The notes under the pieces: model-generated | What the model was told of the DNA's origin: nothing | Seen by the model: the letters and a program-made list of their open reading frames with translations, nothing else | Databases searched by the model: none | Shown here: positions 49,334 to 60,500 of the stretch, in pieces | Layout: every line of letters starts with the position of its first letter | Numbering within the stretch: the stretch's first letter is position 1 | Made by a program: the position numbers and the translations under genes | Sequence record: DRR723986_5242 | Direction: 5' to 3' (one strand) | Length of the DNA: 62,031 nt

Positions 49334-52300
49334 CTATCGAATTTGTGTTCGCAACAGTGCTTGAATCTCGGATATTTTCGGTGGTTTGGCCAACACTGCA
49401 TCAATGTGCGGTATCACAGTTGTTTGCGCATCCAGTTGTTTGCCCCACCCGGTCAACAAGGTCACAGGGCAATCTTTGTTGATGTTTTTCAGAGCCTCTG
49501 CCACTTGGCGACCATCCATGCCAGGCATGCCCAGGTCTGTAATGACTGCGTCAAAGGGCGTGCCGTCATTCATCGCCTTTGAAAAGAGCTCAACGCCAGC
49601 CGATCCTGAGTTCGCAACTTGAACCCGATGCCCACAGGCTGTCAGTCCATCTCGAAGCGCATTCAACACTTTACTGTCGTCATCAATCAGCAAGACATGA
49701 TAGGTATTCGAGGGCTTGTCTGATGGCTCTTCAAGGGCCGCTGCCTGTTTTTGACGACAGGCGGAAGGCAGCAATATTCGGACTGACGTGCCTTGTTGTT
49801 CCACGCTGTTAATTTCGATGGAACCATGCATGCGCTTCACGATGCCGTACACCATGGCCAATCCCAAGCCGGTACCACGTTCGCCTTTGGTGGTGTAGAA
49901 AGGTTCCAGGCATCGTCGTCGAGTTTCCTCGCTCATCCCCATGCCTGTGTCTCGAATTTCAATCACAATCTGGTCATGATCATTTTTCTTTTCAAGTCGA
50001 GTTGCCAGCGTAATTGTTCCACCGTTTGGCATGGCATCCACGGCATTAAAAATCAGATTGATCAGCGCCTCTCGCAATTCAGATTCGGCTGCATCAATTT
50101 CCGAAACGTTGCTGTCATGCTCCACGTTAAAGTCAATGGATATCCCGTTGCGCAGTGGGATGTCGTGCCATCTTGCTCTGGTCAATTCCATCGCTTGCTC
50201 GCACACCGTCACCAAATTGACGCGAGTCAGTTCAGTGCCTTCCTCTCGTCGTCTTGAAAACTGTCCCATCCGGTCCACGGTTCTTGCCACGTCATCAATC
50301 GCCAATTGAATCGTTTTCAATTGCTTGATGCCGCGTTCACTCAAATTGGTTTCCGATCCCAGCAAGGCATCTGTGTACAAGGCCACCGGAGAAATCGCAT
50401 TGTTGATGTCATGTGCAATGCCACCGGCCATTTCTGCCAAGGCCCTTAACCGCTCCTGCTGAAGCACCAACTGTTGGGTTCGTTGCAAATTCTGGTAAGC
50501 CTCTTGGAGTTCCTGCAGCAACTCGGTTTGTGCAAGGGCCAATGCCACATGCTCTGCAAGTTGCCTCAAGAAATCCAGTTCGTCATCAGAAAAAGAGTTC
50601 AGGCCTTTTCGGGCTGTGGTGATAATACCCAGTACTTTTTTGTCTTTCATCAAAGGGGCAATCACCATGCTGTCGAGTCCAGCCAACTCATGCATGCCTT
50701 CACCTGTCAGGCACATGCTTCCGCCCAAGTCGGGCTGATAAACAAATTCGCCTTGAAGCGCACGGTCCAGGTGCACCCCTCTGGCTGGAATGCTTTCATG
50801 CAGGAAAAATCCGATCTTGTTGGCTTGTTCTTCGGTGGCTTGGCCAAAGGACCTGAATGAAATGGTTTGGTCTTGCTCTGCATAGGATGCAGTCAGGCAA
50901 AAGTCAGCAGGCAGCTCCACTTCAATGCTGTTGGTCACGACTTGGTAAATACTGTCCAGGTCATGCCGATTGCCGATCGCGCGGGTGATTTCGTTGAGCA
51001 GATTCATGCGCGCCAATTGCGCAGTGCTGCGGCGTTCAGATTGACGGATGTAGGTCATCTCGGTCATGCCACCGATCATTCGAATGCCAGTGCCATGTTC
51101 ATCCCGAATGATGTAGCCTCTGTCGAGGACATCCAGCCAATGCCCGTCTGCATGTGCGAAGCGATATTCCTCCTGCCAATTCTCAACGTCCGAATTGATC
51201 GCTGCAAATATACTTTTGACTGCGCGCTCACGGTCATGGGGGTGTATGCGGTTAATCCACGAGTCGTTGTTGGGTTCGATCTTGTTGCGATCAAATCCAA
51301 ACAGTTTTTCAAATCCTTCATTCCACCAAATTTCATCTGAAACAATGTTCCAGTCCCAAATGCAATCGCGTGATGCGCTGGCGAGCAAACGGAATCGTTC
51401 AGACCCCTCTTTCAAAGCGGCTTCAGCCTGTTTTCTCTCGGTGATGTCACGTTCAATTGCCACCCAATGGGTGTACCAGCCCGTCTCATCTGCCACAGGA
51501 ACGATTTCAAGTTCCAGCCAGAACATTTCGCCACTCTTGGTGTAGTTGATCAGCTCTTCACGAACTGGCTTCCAGTCCTTTAAAGCATTGCGAATTCGGT
51601 CCAAGGCATCGCGTTGAGTTCGCTCGCCTTGCAAAATCCGGGGTGTTTTTCCAATCGCCTCTTCCCGTGAGTAACCAGTACGTCTGACGAAAGCTTCATT
51701 GACATAGAGTATTTTTGGACCATCTCCATCAACAGGTTCGGCCTCGGTGATCAGCACGATGTCGTTCAGCCGTTCTACGCAGGTCTCCAGCAACTTCAAT
51801 CGCTCCGCATTTCGGACTCGCTCTTCTGCAAACAACAGATTCTCAAAGGCAAAAGACAAATTCTTGGCCACGGTTTTCAGCAACTGGCGCACTTCATTGG
51901 TGAAAAAGTGAATACCCGCACCAAACAACACCAGGCTGGCGCGCAATTTGCCCTGCGCATGAATGGGCAGTATGGCGAAGGACTCCAGGCCTTCTTCAAT
52001 GGCTTGTTTGTGCCACATTTTGGCCTGAGGTTCTTCAGCCACGTTTTGGCAAATATGCATTTTCCCTGCACGCAGGCGATCGACCAGTTCATGATCGCGT
52101 GGCAGGGAGGTGGTCTTCATGATTTGTGACACAAACTCTTGCTGAGAACCATCGGCGGCTGTGACTTTCAGATCGCTCAAGTCTTTGCCAAATTGGCAAA
52201 CCCAAGCCAGTGGCAGCCCACCCAACGAACAGAATACGCTGCACACTTCCTGCAGCAGTTTCTCCGGTTTGTCCAAGGTGGTTGTGATGTCGTTCACGCG

Positions 52301-54310
52301 TTGCTGCGCTTCCAGCAGGCGGTTCATGTGCATCAAGGTCAGTACTGCCAACTTGGAATCGGTGATGTCCTGAAATGCGCCTTGCACCCGGACAATCTCG
52401 CCTTTCTCGTTGCGTACAGCTTCGCCCACCACGCGAGCCCATATTCGCCGGCCATTGTTGGAGCGCATTTCAGGCTCCAGCTCAAATGCGAGCCCCTCGG
52501 TTGAACAGCGTGCCAGCGCAGCCTCCACTATTTTCTTCCACTTGCCGTGGTAATGGCGCAGGGCATCGTCATAACTGTGGGGCAGTTGGCCTTTGGGAAT
52601 CTCGAGAATGTCGAATATTTCCTCTGACCAGTAAAGTCTTGGGACCGGACCGAGTTCAATCGCCCAGACACCCAGTTTGGCAAGGCGTCCGCCAATGCGT
52701 TGCAAGGCTTCGTTTCGCTTAAGTTTGTCCTCTGCTCGGCGACGTTCCGTCACATCGCGTTGAATGGAGGCAAAATAGGGCACCTCGCCGTTTGAACCCA
52801 GCACCGGCACAATGTCCATTTCAAGCCAGTGGGGTTTGCCGCTTTTGCCGTAATTAATCAGTTCAACGTGTACCGATTCCTTCTTCACAAGGGCGGCCCG
52901 AACCTTTTGCAGTTCGGTTTTGTCAGTTTCGGGCCCCTGCAACAAACGTGGGCTTTTCCCAAGCACCTCTTCCCGGTGGTAACCCGTTACTTTTTCGAAC
53001 GCTGAGTTCACATACACAATCCGTGGACCCGGCGCATCAATCGGCGAGGCCTCTGTAATCATCACAATATCGTTGAGCCGTTCTATGCAGGCGCCCAACA
53101 ATTCCGAGCGTTGTGGGTCAACCTTCTCGTCAGTTGCAATGGCCACATCCAGCTTTGGTCGCTCCGTGTCCGCTGTGGTTGCGGGTGGGCTCACACTGCT
53201 GCGGTGGAGGGGCAAGGTCAGAGTGAATACAGCCCCCTTGTCGGGAGCTGATTCCGCCTTGATGTGACCTGCGTGTCTCTCGATCACGCGTTTCACGTTG
53301 GCGAGCCCCATGCCATGACCTTCAAAGTCGTGGGCATTGTGCAGTCGGTGAAAGGGTTTGAAAAGTCCATCTGCCCGGTCTGGATCAAAGCCAGCGCCGT
53401 TGTCGATCACCTTGATTTCCACCACATCATTCAAAACGTTGGCTTCAACCGAGATTGTTGGCAGTTCGCGAATCTGGCTGAATTTCAGGGCGTTTGAAAA
53501 CAAGTTGACGAAAACCTGTTCCAACAGGGACTCGTCACCTTCAATGTCGGGCAGCTTGGCGATGCTCCAGTCGGCCTGCCGCAAACCTTCGCTTGATTCA
53601 ACCGATGCCCGCGCTTTTTCGACCACCTCATTTAACACCACCTGGTTGAATTTCAATTCGCCCGAGCCAAGTCGTGCAAAGGCCAGCAAATCAGACACCA
53701 GTTGACCGCCGCGCGCGCTGGCTTCATTGATGCGCAGCAGGTAGCGCTGCTCCTGTTCGTCCAGTTTGCTGTGCGCCCGGCGCGTCAGGCTGCCGGCAAA
53801 TCCCTGAATGATGTGACAAAGCGAATTCAGGTCGTGGGCGACCCGACCTGCGAAATGGTCCAGTTCATGGTTCATTTCCCGCAAGCGGGAATTGCTGCTG
53901 GAAAGATCTCGAATCAGCTGCGTGTTTTGCAGCTTGAGTTTGCGCACTTCAATGGCCCGGTTGACTACCGGCATCAACTCGCTGACCTTGAACGGTTTCA
54001 GAATATAGTCCAGCACCCCCTGCTTCATGGCATCCACTGCAGTTTTTATACTGCCATGGCCAGTCATCAAGACCACACTTAAATCGGGGTCAAGTTGGCG
54101 CGCACGTTGTACCAGTTCAATGCCGTCCATGCCTGGAAGTCGCAGGTCGGTGAGCAGCACATCAAAGCTTTGGCTTTTCAGACACTCCAGGGCGCTGACT
54201 GGTTCAGAAAATCCTTCGACATCAAATCCCGCATCCTGCAGCAGTGAGCACAGTGCTTCAAGTTGGGGTTTCTCATCATCCACGACGATTAATCGGAACT
54301 GCTCGAGCAT
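49334..54310 (-). CDS. cytoplasmic hybrid kinase REC-HK-PAS-PAS-GAF-PAS-PAS-GAF-HK-REC
   Basis: Two H-boxes (VAHDLN, IAHDINN), two N boxes (NLFSNALKF, NLIFNAVDAM), two sets of G boxes, terminal receiver domains. Confidence 0.9.
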   Translation of the reverse strand: MLEQFRLIVVDDEKPQLEALCSLLQDAGFDVEGFSEPVSALECLKSQSFDVLLTDLRLPGMDGIELVQRARQLDPDLSVVLMTGHGSIKTAVDAMKQGVLDYILKPFKVSELMPVVNRAIEVRKLKLQNTQLIRDLSSSNSRLREMNHELDHFAGRVAHDLNSLCHIIQGFAGSLTRRAHSKLDEQEQRYLLRINEASARGGQLVSDLLAFARLGSGELKFNQVVLNEVVEKARASVESSEGLRQADWSIAKLPDIEGDESLLEQVFVNLFSNALKFSQIRELPTISVEANVLNDVVEIKVIDNGAGFDPDRADGLFKPFHRLHNAHDFEGHGMGLANVKRVIERHAGHIKAESAPDKGAVFTLTLPLHRSSVSPPATTADTERPKLDVAIATDEKVDPQRSELLGACIERLNDIVMITEASPIDAPGPRIVYVNSAFEKVTGYHREEVLGKSPRLLQGPETDKTELQKVRAALVKKESVHVELINYGKSGKPHWLEMDIVPVLGSNGEVPYFASIQRDVTERRRAEDKLKRNEALQRIGGRLAKLGVWAIELGPVPRLYWSEEIFDILEIPKGQLPHSYDDALRHYHGKWKKIVEAALARCSTEGLAFELEPEMRSNNGRRIWARVVGEAVRNEKGEIVRVQGAFQDITDSKLAVLTLMHMNRLLEAQQRVNDITTTLDKPEKLLQEVCSVFCSLGGLPLAWVCQFGKDLSDLKVTAADGSQQEFVSQIMKTTSLPRDHELVDRLRAGKMHICQNVAEEPQAKMWHKQAIEEGLESFAILPIHAQGKLRASLVLFGAGIHFFTNEVRQLLKTVAKNLSFAFENLLFAEERVRNAERLKLLETCVERLNDIVLITEAEPVDGDGPKILYVNEAFVRRTGYSREEAIGKTPRILQGERTQRDALDRIRNALKDWKPVREELINYTKSGEMFWLELEIVPVADETGWYTHWVAIERDITERKQAEAALKEGSERFRLLASASRDCIWDWNIVSDEIWWNEGFEKLFGFDRNKIEPNNDSWINRIHPHDRERAVKSIFAAINSDVENWQEEYRFAHADGHWLDVLDRGYIIRDEHGTGIRMIGGMTEMTYIRQSERRSTAQLARMNLLNEITRAIGNRHDLDSIYQVVTNSIEVELPADFCLTASYAEQDQTISFRSFGQATEEQANKIGFFLHESIPARGVHLDRALQGEFVYQPDLGGSMCLTGEGMHELAGLDSMVIAPLMKDKKVLGIITTARKGLNSFSDDELDFLRQLAEHVALALAQTELLQELQEAYQNLQRTQQLVLQQERLRALAEMAGGIAHDINNAISPVALYTDALLGSETNLSERGIKQLKTIQLAIDDVARTVDRMGQFSRRREEGTELTRVNLVTVCEQAMELTRARWHDIPLRNGISIDFNVEHDSNVSEIDAAESELREALINLIFNAVDAMPNGGTITLATRLEKKNDHDQIVIEIRDTGMGMSEETRRRCLEPFYTTKGERGTGLGLAMVYGIVKRMHGSIEINSVEQQGTSVRILLPSACRQKQAAALEEPSDKPSNTYHVLLIDDDSKVLNALRDGLTACGHRVQVANSGSAGVELFSKAMNDGTPFDAVITDLGMPGMDGRQVAEALKNINKDCPVTLLTGWGKQLDAQTTVIPHIDAVLAKPPKISEIQALLRTQIR

Positions 54311-54384
54311 CTAAAACTCCGGTCGTCGGCTAGGTTTAGCAGATTCGCTGATTACAATGTCTCACAATTACTGGATTTCCTTGA

Positions 54385-55260
54385 ATGAATCAATACCCCC
54401 TTTTGAGAAACGCTTCATTGGCGTTTCCATTCGTCCTGATCTGGACCAGCGCATTTCCCGCTGCAAAAATTGGTTTGATCGACAGCCCGCCACTGTTGTT
54501 TTTAACCTTGCGTTTTCTTGTGGCTGGTGCCTTGATGTTGGCCTGGGCGCACTGGCGTGGAACACTGCGCAAATTAACCCTTCAAGAGTTGTGCGTGTTG
54601 AGCGCATTGGGGTTGTTGAATCATGCCCTTTATTTGGGTTTGAGCTGGACCGGCATGGGCAGCTTGTCCTCAGGCTTGTCCACCATTCTTATTAGTGCAA
54701 ACCCTATCGTGGTCGCCGTGCTGTCTTCTTTTTTGTTGCGCGAACCCCTCACTCGCCAAAAGGTACTTGGACTGGCATTGGGCTTCCTTGGGGTGGCCTT
54801 TATTGTTCGTAACCGCATTGGTTCCAGCACAGACACCCTGGAAGGTTTCCTGCTGGTGTTGGCTGCTTTGTTGACCTTGGCGTTTGGTACGGTGTTGTAC
54901 AAAAAATGGCCAGTGCGCACCGATATTGTGACCGGAACCGGTTTTCAGATCATTCTGAGTGGTCTCTTGCTACTGCCTGTGGCCTTGCTCATGGAAGACT
55001 GGTCGGCGATGCATTGGACGCCATCATTTGCGGGAGCTTTTGCCTGGCTGGTGTTAGTGGTGTCGATCGCTGGTTATCAACTCTGGTTCAACCTGCTGGA
55101 GCGCGGCAGCGCCAGTGCTGCAAGCGTGTGGTTTTTTCTGACCCCGCCCTTGGGATTGCTGGCTGGAGCCTGGTTGCTGGATGAGCCACTGAACTGGGTT
55201 GATTTTATTGGCATTGTTCCTGTTGTACTAGGTATTGTCCTGGTGACCCGGGCGCGTTAG
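54385..55260 (+). CDS. DMT/EamA family transporter
   Basis: ~10 TMs; PPLLFLTLRF, LLREP, LLDEP. Confidence 0.9.
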   Translation: MNQYPLLRNASLAFPFVLIWTSAFPAAKIGLIDSPPLLFLTLRFLVAGALMLAWAHWRGTLRKLTLQELCVLSALGLLNHALYLGLSWTGMGSLSSGLSTILISANPIVVAVLSSFLLREPLTRQKVLGLALGFLGVAFIVRNRIGSSTDTLEGFLLVLAALLTLAFGTVLYKKWPVRTDIVTGTGFQIILSGLLLLPVALLMEDWSAMHWTPSFAGAFAWLVLVVSIAGYQLWFNLLERGSASAASVWFFLTPPLGLLAGAWLLDEPLNWVDFIGIVPVVLGIVLVTRAR

Positions 55261-55269
55261 AACAACCCT

Positions 55270-55300
55270 AAAAAAAGGCGAACCGCGCGGGCTCGCCAAA
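55270..55300. terminator. likely terminator between the convergent EamA and fasciclin genes
   Basis: GGCGAACC...GGGCTCGCC imperfect stem with a long T-run on the minus strand. Confidence 0.5.
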
Positions 55301-55362
55301 ACAGCAATTACAGGTCGGAGATGACGATGGGCTTGCTGAGCGCCCGTCAGGGGAAAATGGGA

Positions 55363-55929
55363 TCAGGAGTTAGGCAGTAATACGCTGTCCACCACATGAA
55401 TCACGCCATTGGATTGGGTGACGTTTGCAATGGTGACCTCAGCCGTACCGCCTTTTTCGTCAACCAGCACTACCTTGTCACCTTGGAGCTTGGCGCCCAG
55501 CGAGGCACCCGATGCTGTTTTCAAGGTGGCCATGCCACCAGCCTGAACAATTTTGTTGCTCAAATCGGCAGCCGTAATTTTGCCGGGCACCACGTGATAG
55601 GTCAGCACGCCTTGCAGGGCAGATTTGTTCTCGGGTTTCAGAAGGGTGTCGACCGTACCGCTTGGCAGTTGGGCAAATGCGTCATTTGTTGGCGCAAATA
55701 CTGTGAATGGGCCCTTGCCTTTCAAGGTATCCACCAAACCAGCCGCTTGAACAGCAGTCACCAAAGTGGTGTGATCTTTTGAATTGACGGCATTGTCGAC
55801 GATGTCTTTGCTGGGCAGCATGGGCGCACCACCCACCATGATTTCGGCTTGGGCAGGCAGGCTAAAAGCGGCTGCTGAAAGTGCAATTGAACCAATCAGG
55901 CTTGCTGTCGTGAGTTTTGATTTCAACAT
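55363..55929 (-). CDS. fasciclin (FAS1) domain protein
   Basis: GPFTVFAPTNDAF, VLTYHVVPG, SNGVIHVVDSVL; GGAGG RBS. Confidence 0.93.
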   Translation of the reverse strand: MLKSKLTTASLIGSIALSAAAFSLPAQAEIMVGGAPMLPSKDIVDNAVNSKDHTTLVTAVQAAGLVDTLKGKGPFTVFAPTNDAFAQLPSGTVDTLLKPENKSALQGVLTYHVVPGKITAADLSNKIVQAGGMATLKTASGASLGAKLQGDKVVLVDEKGGTAEVTIANVTQSNGVIHVVDSVLLPNS

Positions 55930-56044
55930 GTTTACTACCTCCAGTTGGAATTTCAAGCTACAAGATTTTCCACACGTCCCGGCTGTTGAACCGAAATCGT
56001 TAACTGTTCGAGGCAGTTATGCCGGCGAAGTTCAGCCTCCCTGG

Positions 56045-56069
56045 GTTAAGTTTTGTTAAGGTCTGTAAG
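56045..56069 (-). promoter_or_regulatory. 10-bp-period direct repeats upstream of the fasciclin gene
   Basis: + strand GTTAAG 56045, GTTAAG 56055, GTAAG 56065. Confidence 0.5.
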
Positions 56070-56075
56070 TGGATG

Positions 56076-56642
56076 TCACTGAGTTTGAACCCGCCCAATC
56101 ACGGTGACTTGGCCGTCCGGATTGAACTTGAATAAAACTACTTCACCTGAATCAGGATAAATACCGGTCAGGGCCGTGGTGTTGACCTGATGGGTAACAT
56201 ACAGAACCTTGTCGGTGGGTTTAAGCGTGGCCAGGTGTTTTTTCAAAGCGCTGGTTTGCTCAGCACTGTTGCCCCGCCCTTGGAAGAATGAATTTAAGGC
56301 AGGTAACGCATTGACAGTGCCCAAATTCAATTCCTCTGCGGTGTGCAAACAGCGGCACCATTGGCTTGAATAAATGGCGGTTGGCGTGATTCCCTGACTT
56401 CGAATGGTTTCACCCAATTTCCTGGCTTCTTCTCGCCCTGATGCACTCAGGTTGCGCTGTGTATTGCAGTCGCCTAGGGTGAACCCTTCCGGGTCGCCAA
56501 AGCCTGGCGCACTGGCGTGGCGCATGATTGCATGAACCCCCGGCTGTTTCCAGAGGTTCCAGACATTGGGTTCGGTGTACCCCGCCGTTGAAATCAGCGT
56601 AAGCGAGAAAAGAACAAGAAACTGAGCAATTCGGTGCTGCAT
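56076..56642 (-). CDS. exported histidine phosphatase family protein
   Basis: MRHA, QRNLS, SSQWCRC, VTHQVN. Confidence 0.85.
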   Translation of the reverse strand: MQHRIAQFLVLFSLTLISTAGYTEPNVWNLWKQPGVHAIMRHASAPGFGDPEGFTLGDCNTQRNLSASGREEARKLGETIRSQGITPTAIYSSQWCRCLHTAEELNLGTVNALPALNSFFQGRGNSAEQTSALKKHLATLKPTDKVLYVTHQVNTTALTGIYPDSGEVVLFKFNPDGQVTVIGRVQTQ

Positions 56643-56695
56643 GAATTCACCCTCTGGGTTTGACACTGAGGGGCTGTTTGCTTGGCCCACAAAAC

Positions 56696-56721
56696 AAAAA
56701 AGCCAGTTTACACTGGCTTTT
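56696..56721 (-). terminator. intrinsic terminator downstream of terC
   Basis: AAAAGCCAGT-TTAC-ACTGGCTTTT stem with a T-run on the minus strand. Confidence 0.7.
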
Positions 56722-56744
56722 CTGCAATTTACTACCGGGTTTTA

Positions 56745-57518
56745 TCAGGCAGCGTTGGTTTTGGCACGTGCCATTTCTTCAAGCCGTTGACGTTTAGCTT
56801 TTGATCGCAGGTTCAGCAATTCAACCAGCAGCGAGAAGCCCATTGCGCTGTACAGGTAAGCCTTGGGCACGTGTTGGCCAAAACTTTCCGCGATCAGCAA
56901 CATACCGACCATCATCAAGAAGGCCAGTGCCAATACTTTCACAGAGGTGTGCGCCTCAACAAACTCGCCAATTGATTTGGCAAACACCATCATCACACCC
57001 ACAGCCACCATCACGGCAGCAATCATCACCTCGATGTCGTCAGCCATGCCCACAGCAGTAATCACGGAATCCAAGCTGAACACGATATCCAAAATACCGA
57101 TCTGAATGATGGAGTACCAAAACAGCTTGGCACCGGTTTTCTGAATAGCGGCACCTGCTTCCAGTTCTTCTTCAACCTGGTGTGGTGCTTCCACTTCGAG
57201 GTAAATTTCCTTTGAGGCCTTCCACAACAGGAACAAACCCCCGAAGAACAGTACCAAGTCTCGCCCAGTGATCGCTTTGCCAGCCACTTCAAACAAGGGT
57301 TCGGTCAAACCAATAATCCAGGACAGCGAAAACAGCAGGCCCACTCGGGTCGCCATTGCGAACATCAAACCGAACTGGCGCACGCGGTCGCGAATGTCTG
57401 CGGGCAGTTTCGACACCAGCACTGTAATGAACACAATGTTGTCGATACCCAGCACGATTTCCAAGGCCGTCAAAATCGCAAAAGCGATCCAAACGTTTGG
57501 ATCCATTAGTAATTCCAT
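56745..57518 (-). CDS. TerC family membrane protein
   Basis: LEIVLGIDNIVFI, DIVFSLDSVITAVGM. Confidence 0.93.
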   Translation of the reverse strand: MELLMDPNVWIAFAILTALEIVLGIDNIVFITVLVSKLPADIRDRVRQFGLMFAMATRVGLLFSLSWIIGLTEPLFEVAGKAITGRDLVLFFGGLFLLWKASKEIYLEVEAPHQVEEELEAGAAIQKTGAKLFWYSIIQIGILDIVFSLDSVITAVGMADDIEVMIAAVMVAVGVMMVFAKSIGEFVEAHTSVKVLALAFLMMVGMLLIAESFGQHVPKAYLYSAMGFSLLVELLNLRSKAKRQRLEEMARAKTNAA

Positions 57519-57586
57519 AAAACACCCCGTTTTTTAGTCAAATTCAACAGCCCGCTATTTTGCACCACATTTCGCATGGTGGGTGA

Positions 57587-60500
57587 TCATTTCGTATTCT
57601 GACTACTTATTGCCAAGCGATTTAACAACAGATTGAACTGAATCGGTTTTGCGAAATGGTAATTAAAGCCCGCGGCCACAGCCCGCTCAATATCACTGTC
57701 GAAAGCGTAGCCTGTCAATGCGGCAATTTCGCATTGCTGGTTGGGCCCTGTTGTGGATCGGATTTTCTCCACCACCTCATAACCTGAAAGTTTGGGCATG
57801 TCGATATCGAGCAAAATGAAGTCATAGGGTTCAGTCATCGCCTTGTTCAGGGCCTCTTTGCCGTCTCTGGCCACCTCCACCAGGTGGGCATCTTTCTGCA
57901 GGAAAGTCTGGATCAGCCTGATGTTCAGTGGTGTGTCGTCGGCCACAAGTACGCGCAGTGGCTTCAGGGGCAGGATTCGCTCCTGGCTTTGGCTGTCTAG
58001 CTGATGCTCGCGTTTGAGCGAGACCGAGAACATCACCTGTGTGCCTTGGCCCGGCTCTGACTCCAACTGAATTTCCCCACCCATGGCGTTGACCAGGCTT
58101 TTTACGATTGACAAGCCAAGCCCAGTGCCGCCAAACCGGTTTTCCCGGTCCGTGTGTACCTGAGAAAACGGCTTGAACAACAGTGATTGTTTGTCCTTTG
58201 GAATGCCAAGGCCAGTGTCACTGACTTCGAAAGTGATGAGGTCTTCATTCGAGCTAATCGGAGTGTTGCTTACAGTTAGGCTTACTTTGCCGTGAGAAGT
58301 AAACTTGATGGCATTAGATAAAAGATTTTGAAGTATTTGCCGCAGGCGACCCATATCACCTGAGTAAATTTGGTGCTCACCCAGCTTGTTGTTCAGCTCA
58401 AATTTCACACCCTTGGATTCGCAGGTCAGGCGCGGCAATTCAGTGCTGCCTTTGAGCAGTTGCTCCATCAGGAATGGTGAGTCAACCAGCTTGACCATGC
58501 CCGACTCCAGTTTCGAGAAGTCAAGAATGTCGTTGAGAATTGACGACAGTGTTTCGGAGGACTGCACGAGATAACCTGCTTGTTCCTTTAGCTCACCGGG
58601 TGGCAAATCCATCTCCAGCAAACGTGCAAAACCCATGATTCCGTTCAAAGGCGTGCGAATTTCATGGCTCATGGTGGCTAAAAAGCGGCTTTTTTCTGCG
58701 TTGGAGTCTTTCTCCGCCTTGGCTGCAATGGCTGTTTCACGAAGCCGGCTTTCCAGTTCTAGCTGGACGGTCCGGTCCAGGTGAGTACCCACCACCCGGG
58801 TCGGTTTGCCGTCTTCGTCGCGTACAATCAGGGCCTTGGCCAAAATATGTACCCAATGGCCGTTTTTGTGCGCCATGCAGAATTCGGCCTCGTAAGAATC
58901 CTTTTCAGGATCGTCTAAAGCCTCGGCCAGAACCTTTTTTGCCACCTCGAGGTCATCGGGCGCGGTTAAGCGTTCCCAGGTACCGAAATCATTGCTTAAC
59001 TCATGGTCTTCGTAGCCCAGCAAGCGTTTCCAGCTGGGTGAAAAATAAACCTTGTTCGTTCCCACTTGCCAATCCCACAGTCCATCGTGTGAACCCTCCA
59101 TGGCCAGCTTGAAACGTTCTTCGCTCTCGGCGAGGCTATCCCGAATTAGCCGCTCTTCGGTCACATCCTTGCACATCAAGATAATGCCGCCGCGGTGACC
59201 ATCTGGTTTCAGCCAAGGCTCAATGGCCCAATCCAGCCAAATGGTGTGTCCGTCCTGGCTAGTCCAAGGGTCTGAAGTGGCCGACAGGCTTTCACCCGCC
59301 AGGCCCGCCTTATGCGCTTGGCGCCAGCGTTCGTGCAGGTTGGGCACCACGTCGTAATGGTTTTTGCCGACCAGGCTGCCCTTGTGGCCATTTGCAAAGG
59401 TTTGTACCCAGCGTGAGGAGGCCGCCACGTAGTTCATTTCTGTGTCAAACATGGCGATTGGAATGGGTGCCTGCACAATCAGGGCTTCAACCACCCAGTA
59501 ACTTTCCTTGGCGGATTTCAGGGCTTTTTCAAGTGACAAGCTTTTTTCAGTCAATCCTCGGGTCAAATCAAGAATGTCTCGGGAAATGGGTTGCAGCTCG
59601 GTGGGTAACTCCTTCATGGAGGCTTCAAGCGCTTTGGGGTCATTTTTTCGAACAAGTTCAAGATAAGCGCTGGCCTTGGCAGAAAGGCTTCTGCCCAGTG
59701 CAAGCACCAGCAACAGGGTGGCCACTGTGCCAATAATCAAAGCAACAATGGCGCCGATCAGTGCCTTTGAAATTGGAGATGCCACGGCATCCAGCGGGGT
59801 CACCGTGGCTGAAATCCAGCCCAAACTGCGGGTCTCCGCGCTGTTGTTGGGCGAAAAAGCCACCAGGTAGTCTCTCCCGTCACTCAAGGTTTCTATCGAC
59901 CAGTTGTTTTCCCCGGCCACGGCTTTTTGGAAACCGGCCATTGAAGTCCAGGCTGTGCTGTCCTGAAAGTCCGCCAGGTCAAGTCGATTGCCCATTCTCA
60001 AGCTGCCGTCTTTGGCCAGAATTACGGTGGGTGCGGATGGGTTAATGGTGTTGAATACGTCTTTCTCGATTTCTGCAATGAAATACTTCCAGTCCAGGTG
60101 AATGCCGATCACCCCAATAATTTCGTCTGCCCTGTTTTTCAGCGGGGTGGTGAAATCAATAAACTGGTACTTTTCTTCAGCCCGAGAAGGTAACAAGGCC
60201 GCAAGCAAAGCCGCCTCATGCACGTCCATAATCGCCGGTGCTATCAAACCTTGTTTGAACCACGGGCGCGCAGCTACGCTTTTTCCAACCAACAAATCGT
60301 CCAGTGCAGCCAGTACGGTGCCGTCCGGTGCCGCCACACCAATCCACAAATAGCCCGGGGTGTGGTCGCGCATGATCTGCAAAAGCTTGGTTTGTTCTTC
60401 GGCACTGAAATTTCCAAATGACTGTTCAATGCGACTGGTGTAGACCAGGTCACGCAAGTGCTCTTTCAAATGACGGTCAACCGACTGCGCGATTTGCTCG

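Noticed and set aside
57519-57586. yybP-ykoY riboswitch upstream of terC
   Set aside because: Only 68 nt intergenic and no matching structure
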